A stretch of DNA of 64,000 nt from Octopus sinensis (taxonomy: Eukaryota), in contig NC_043001.1 in the NCBI RefSeq assembly GCF_006345805.1, forward strand, positions 67,208,001 to 67,272,000. Reading direction: 5' to 3'. Below are positions 63,497-64,000 of this stretch, one piece after another. The position numbers and the translations under genes were made by a program. Position 1 is the first letter of the stretch; every line of letters begins with the position of its first letter. The notes beneath the pieces were generated by a model, which was given only the letters and a program-made list of their open reading frames with translations, did no database searches and was not told the origin of the DNA.

Positions 63497-64000
63497 ATAA
63501 ATAATATATATAATATAATAATTTTACTTATAATAAACTCTATTATTAAATATGATTATATCGAAATCGACTATAATGTTAAATATTAACTTTAATTTAT
63601 AAGGTAGAAAACCCATAATCTAATATCAATATTAGTCTATATCTAATTACATAAATATTTAAAATCACTAATATATATAAATTATCAATGAAAATATATA
63701 TAATATAATAATTTTACTTATAATAAACTCTATTATTAAATATGATTATATCGAAATCGACTATAATGTTAAATATTAACTTTAATTTATAAGGTAGAAA
63801 ACCCATAATCTAATATCAATATTAGTCTATATCTAATTACATAAATATTTAAAATCACTAATATATAAATTATCAATGAAAATATATATAATATAATAAT
63901 TTTACTTATAATAAACTCTATTATTAAATATGATTATATCGAAATCGACTATAATGTTAAATATTAACTTTAATTTATAAGGTAGAAAACCCATAATCTA
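63497..64000. repeat. AT-rich tandem repeat of about 188-190 bp, at least 2.6 copies, running off the window
   Basis: TAATATAATAATTTT recurs at 63511, 63701 and 63889; copies are near-identical. Confidence 0.95.

Overview
AT-rich, repeat-dense animal genomic DNA. The SINE/LINE families and microsatellite load suggest a cephalopod, probably Octopus (inference). There are no prokaryotic features and no CRISPR array. The only convincing host coding sequence is one symmetric phase-1/1 immunoglobulin-domain exon (29519-29869, minus strand). The rest is mobile DNA: RTE, R4/Dong-like and CR1/L2-like LINE fragments, Tc1/mariner, hAT, piggyBac- and pogo-type MITEs, a solo LTR-like element, tRNA-derived SINEs and micro/minisatellites. 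The main signal is a set of at least five sequence-distinct families of minimal type I hammerhead ribozymes (HHRs). Each lies about 75-300 nt upstream of an element 3' end, and most of those ends abut (TA)n tracts. These HHRs sit in: (i) a Neptune-like Penelope element with an uninterrupted GIY-YIG frame and an inverted terminal arm, plus a collapsed foldback sister copy; (ii) a 567-bp retrozyme-like unit; (iii) a Poseidon-like pLTR with a tRNA-derived head; (iv) a satellite-linked element at the window end; and (v) the tail of a head-to-tail tandem, ORF2-less element encoding a Tx1/L1-type zinc-knuckle ORF1. All folds were done by eye and no database search was possible. Boundaries of old repeats are approximate.
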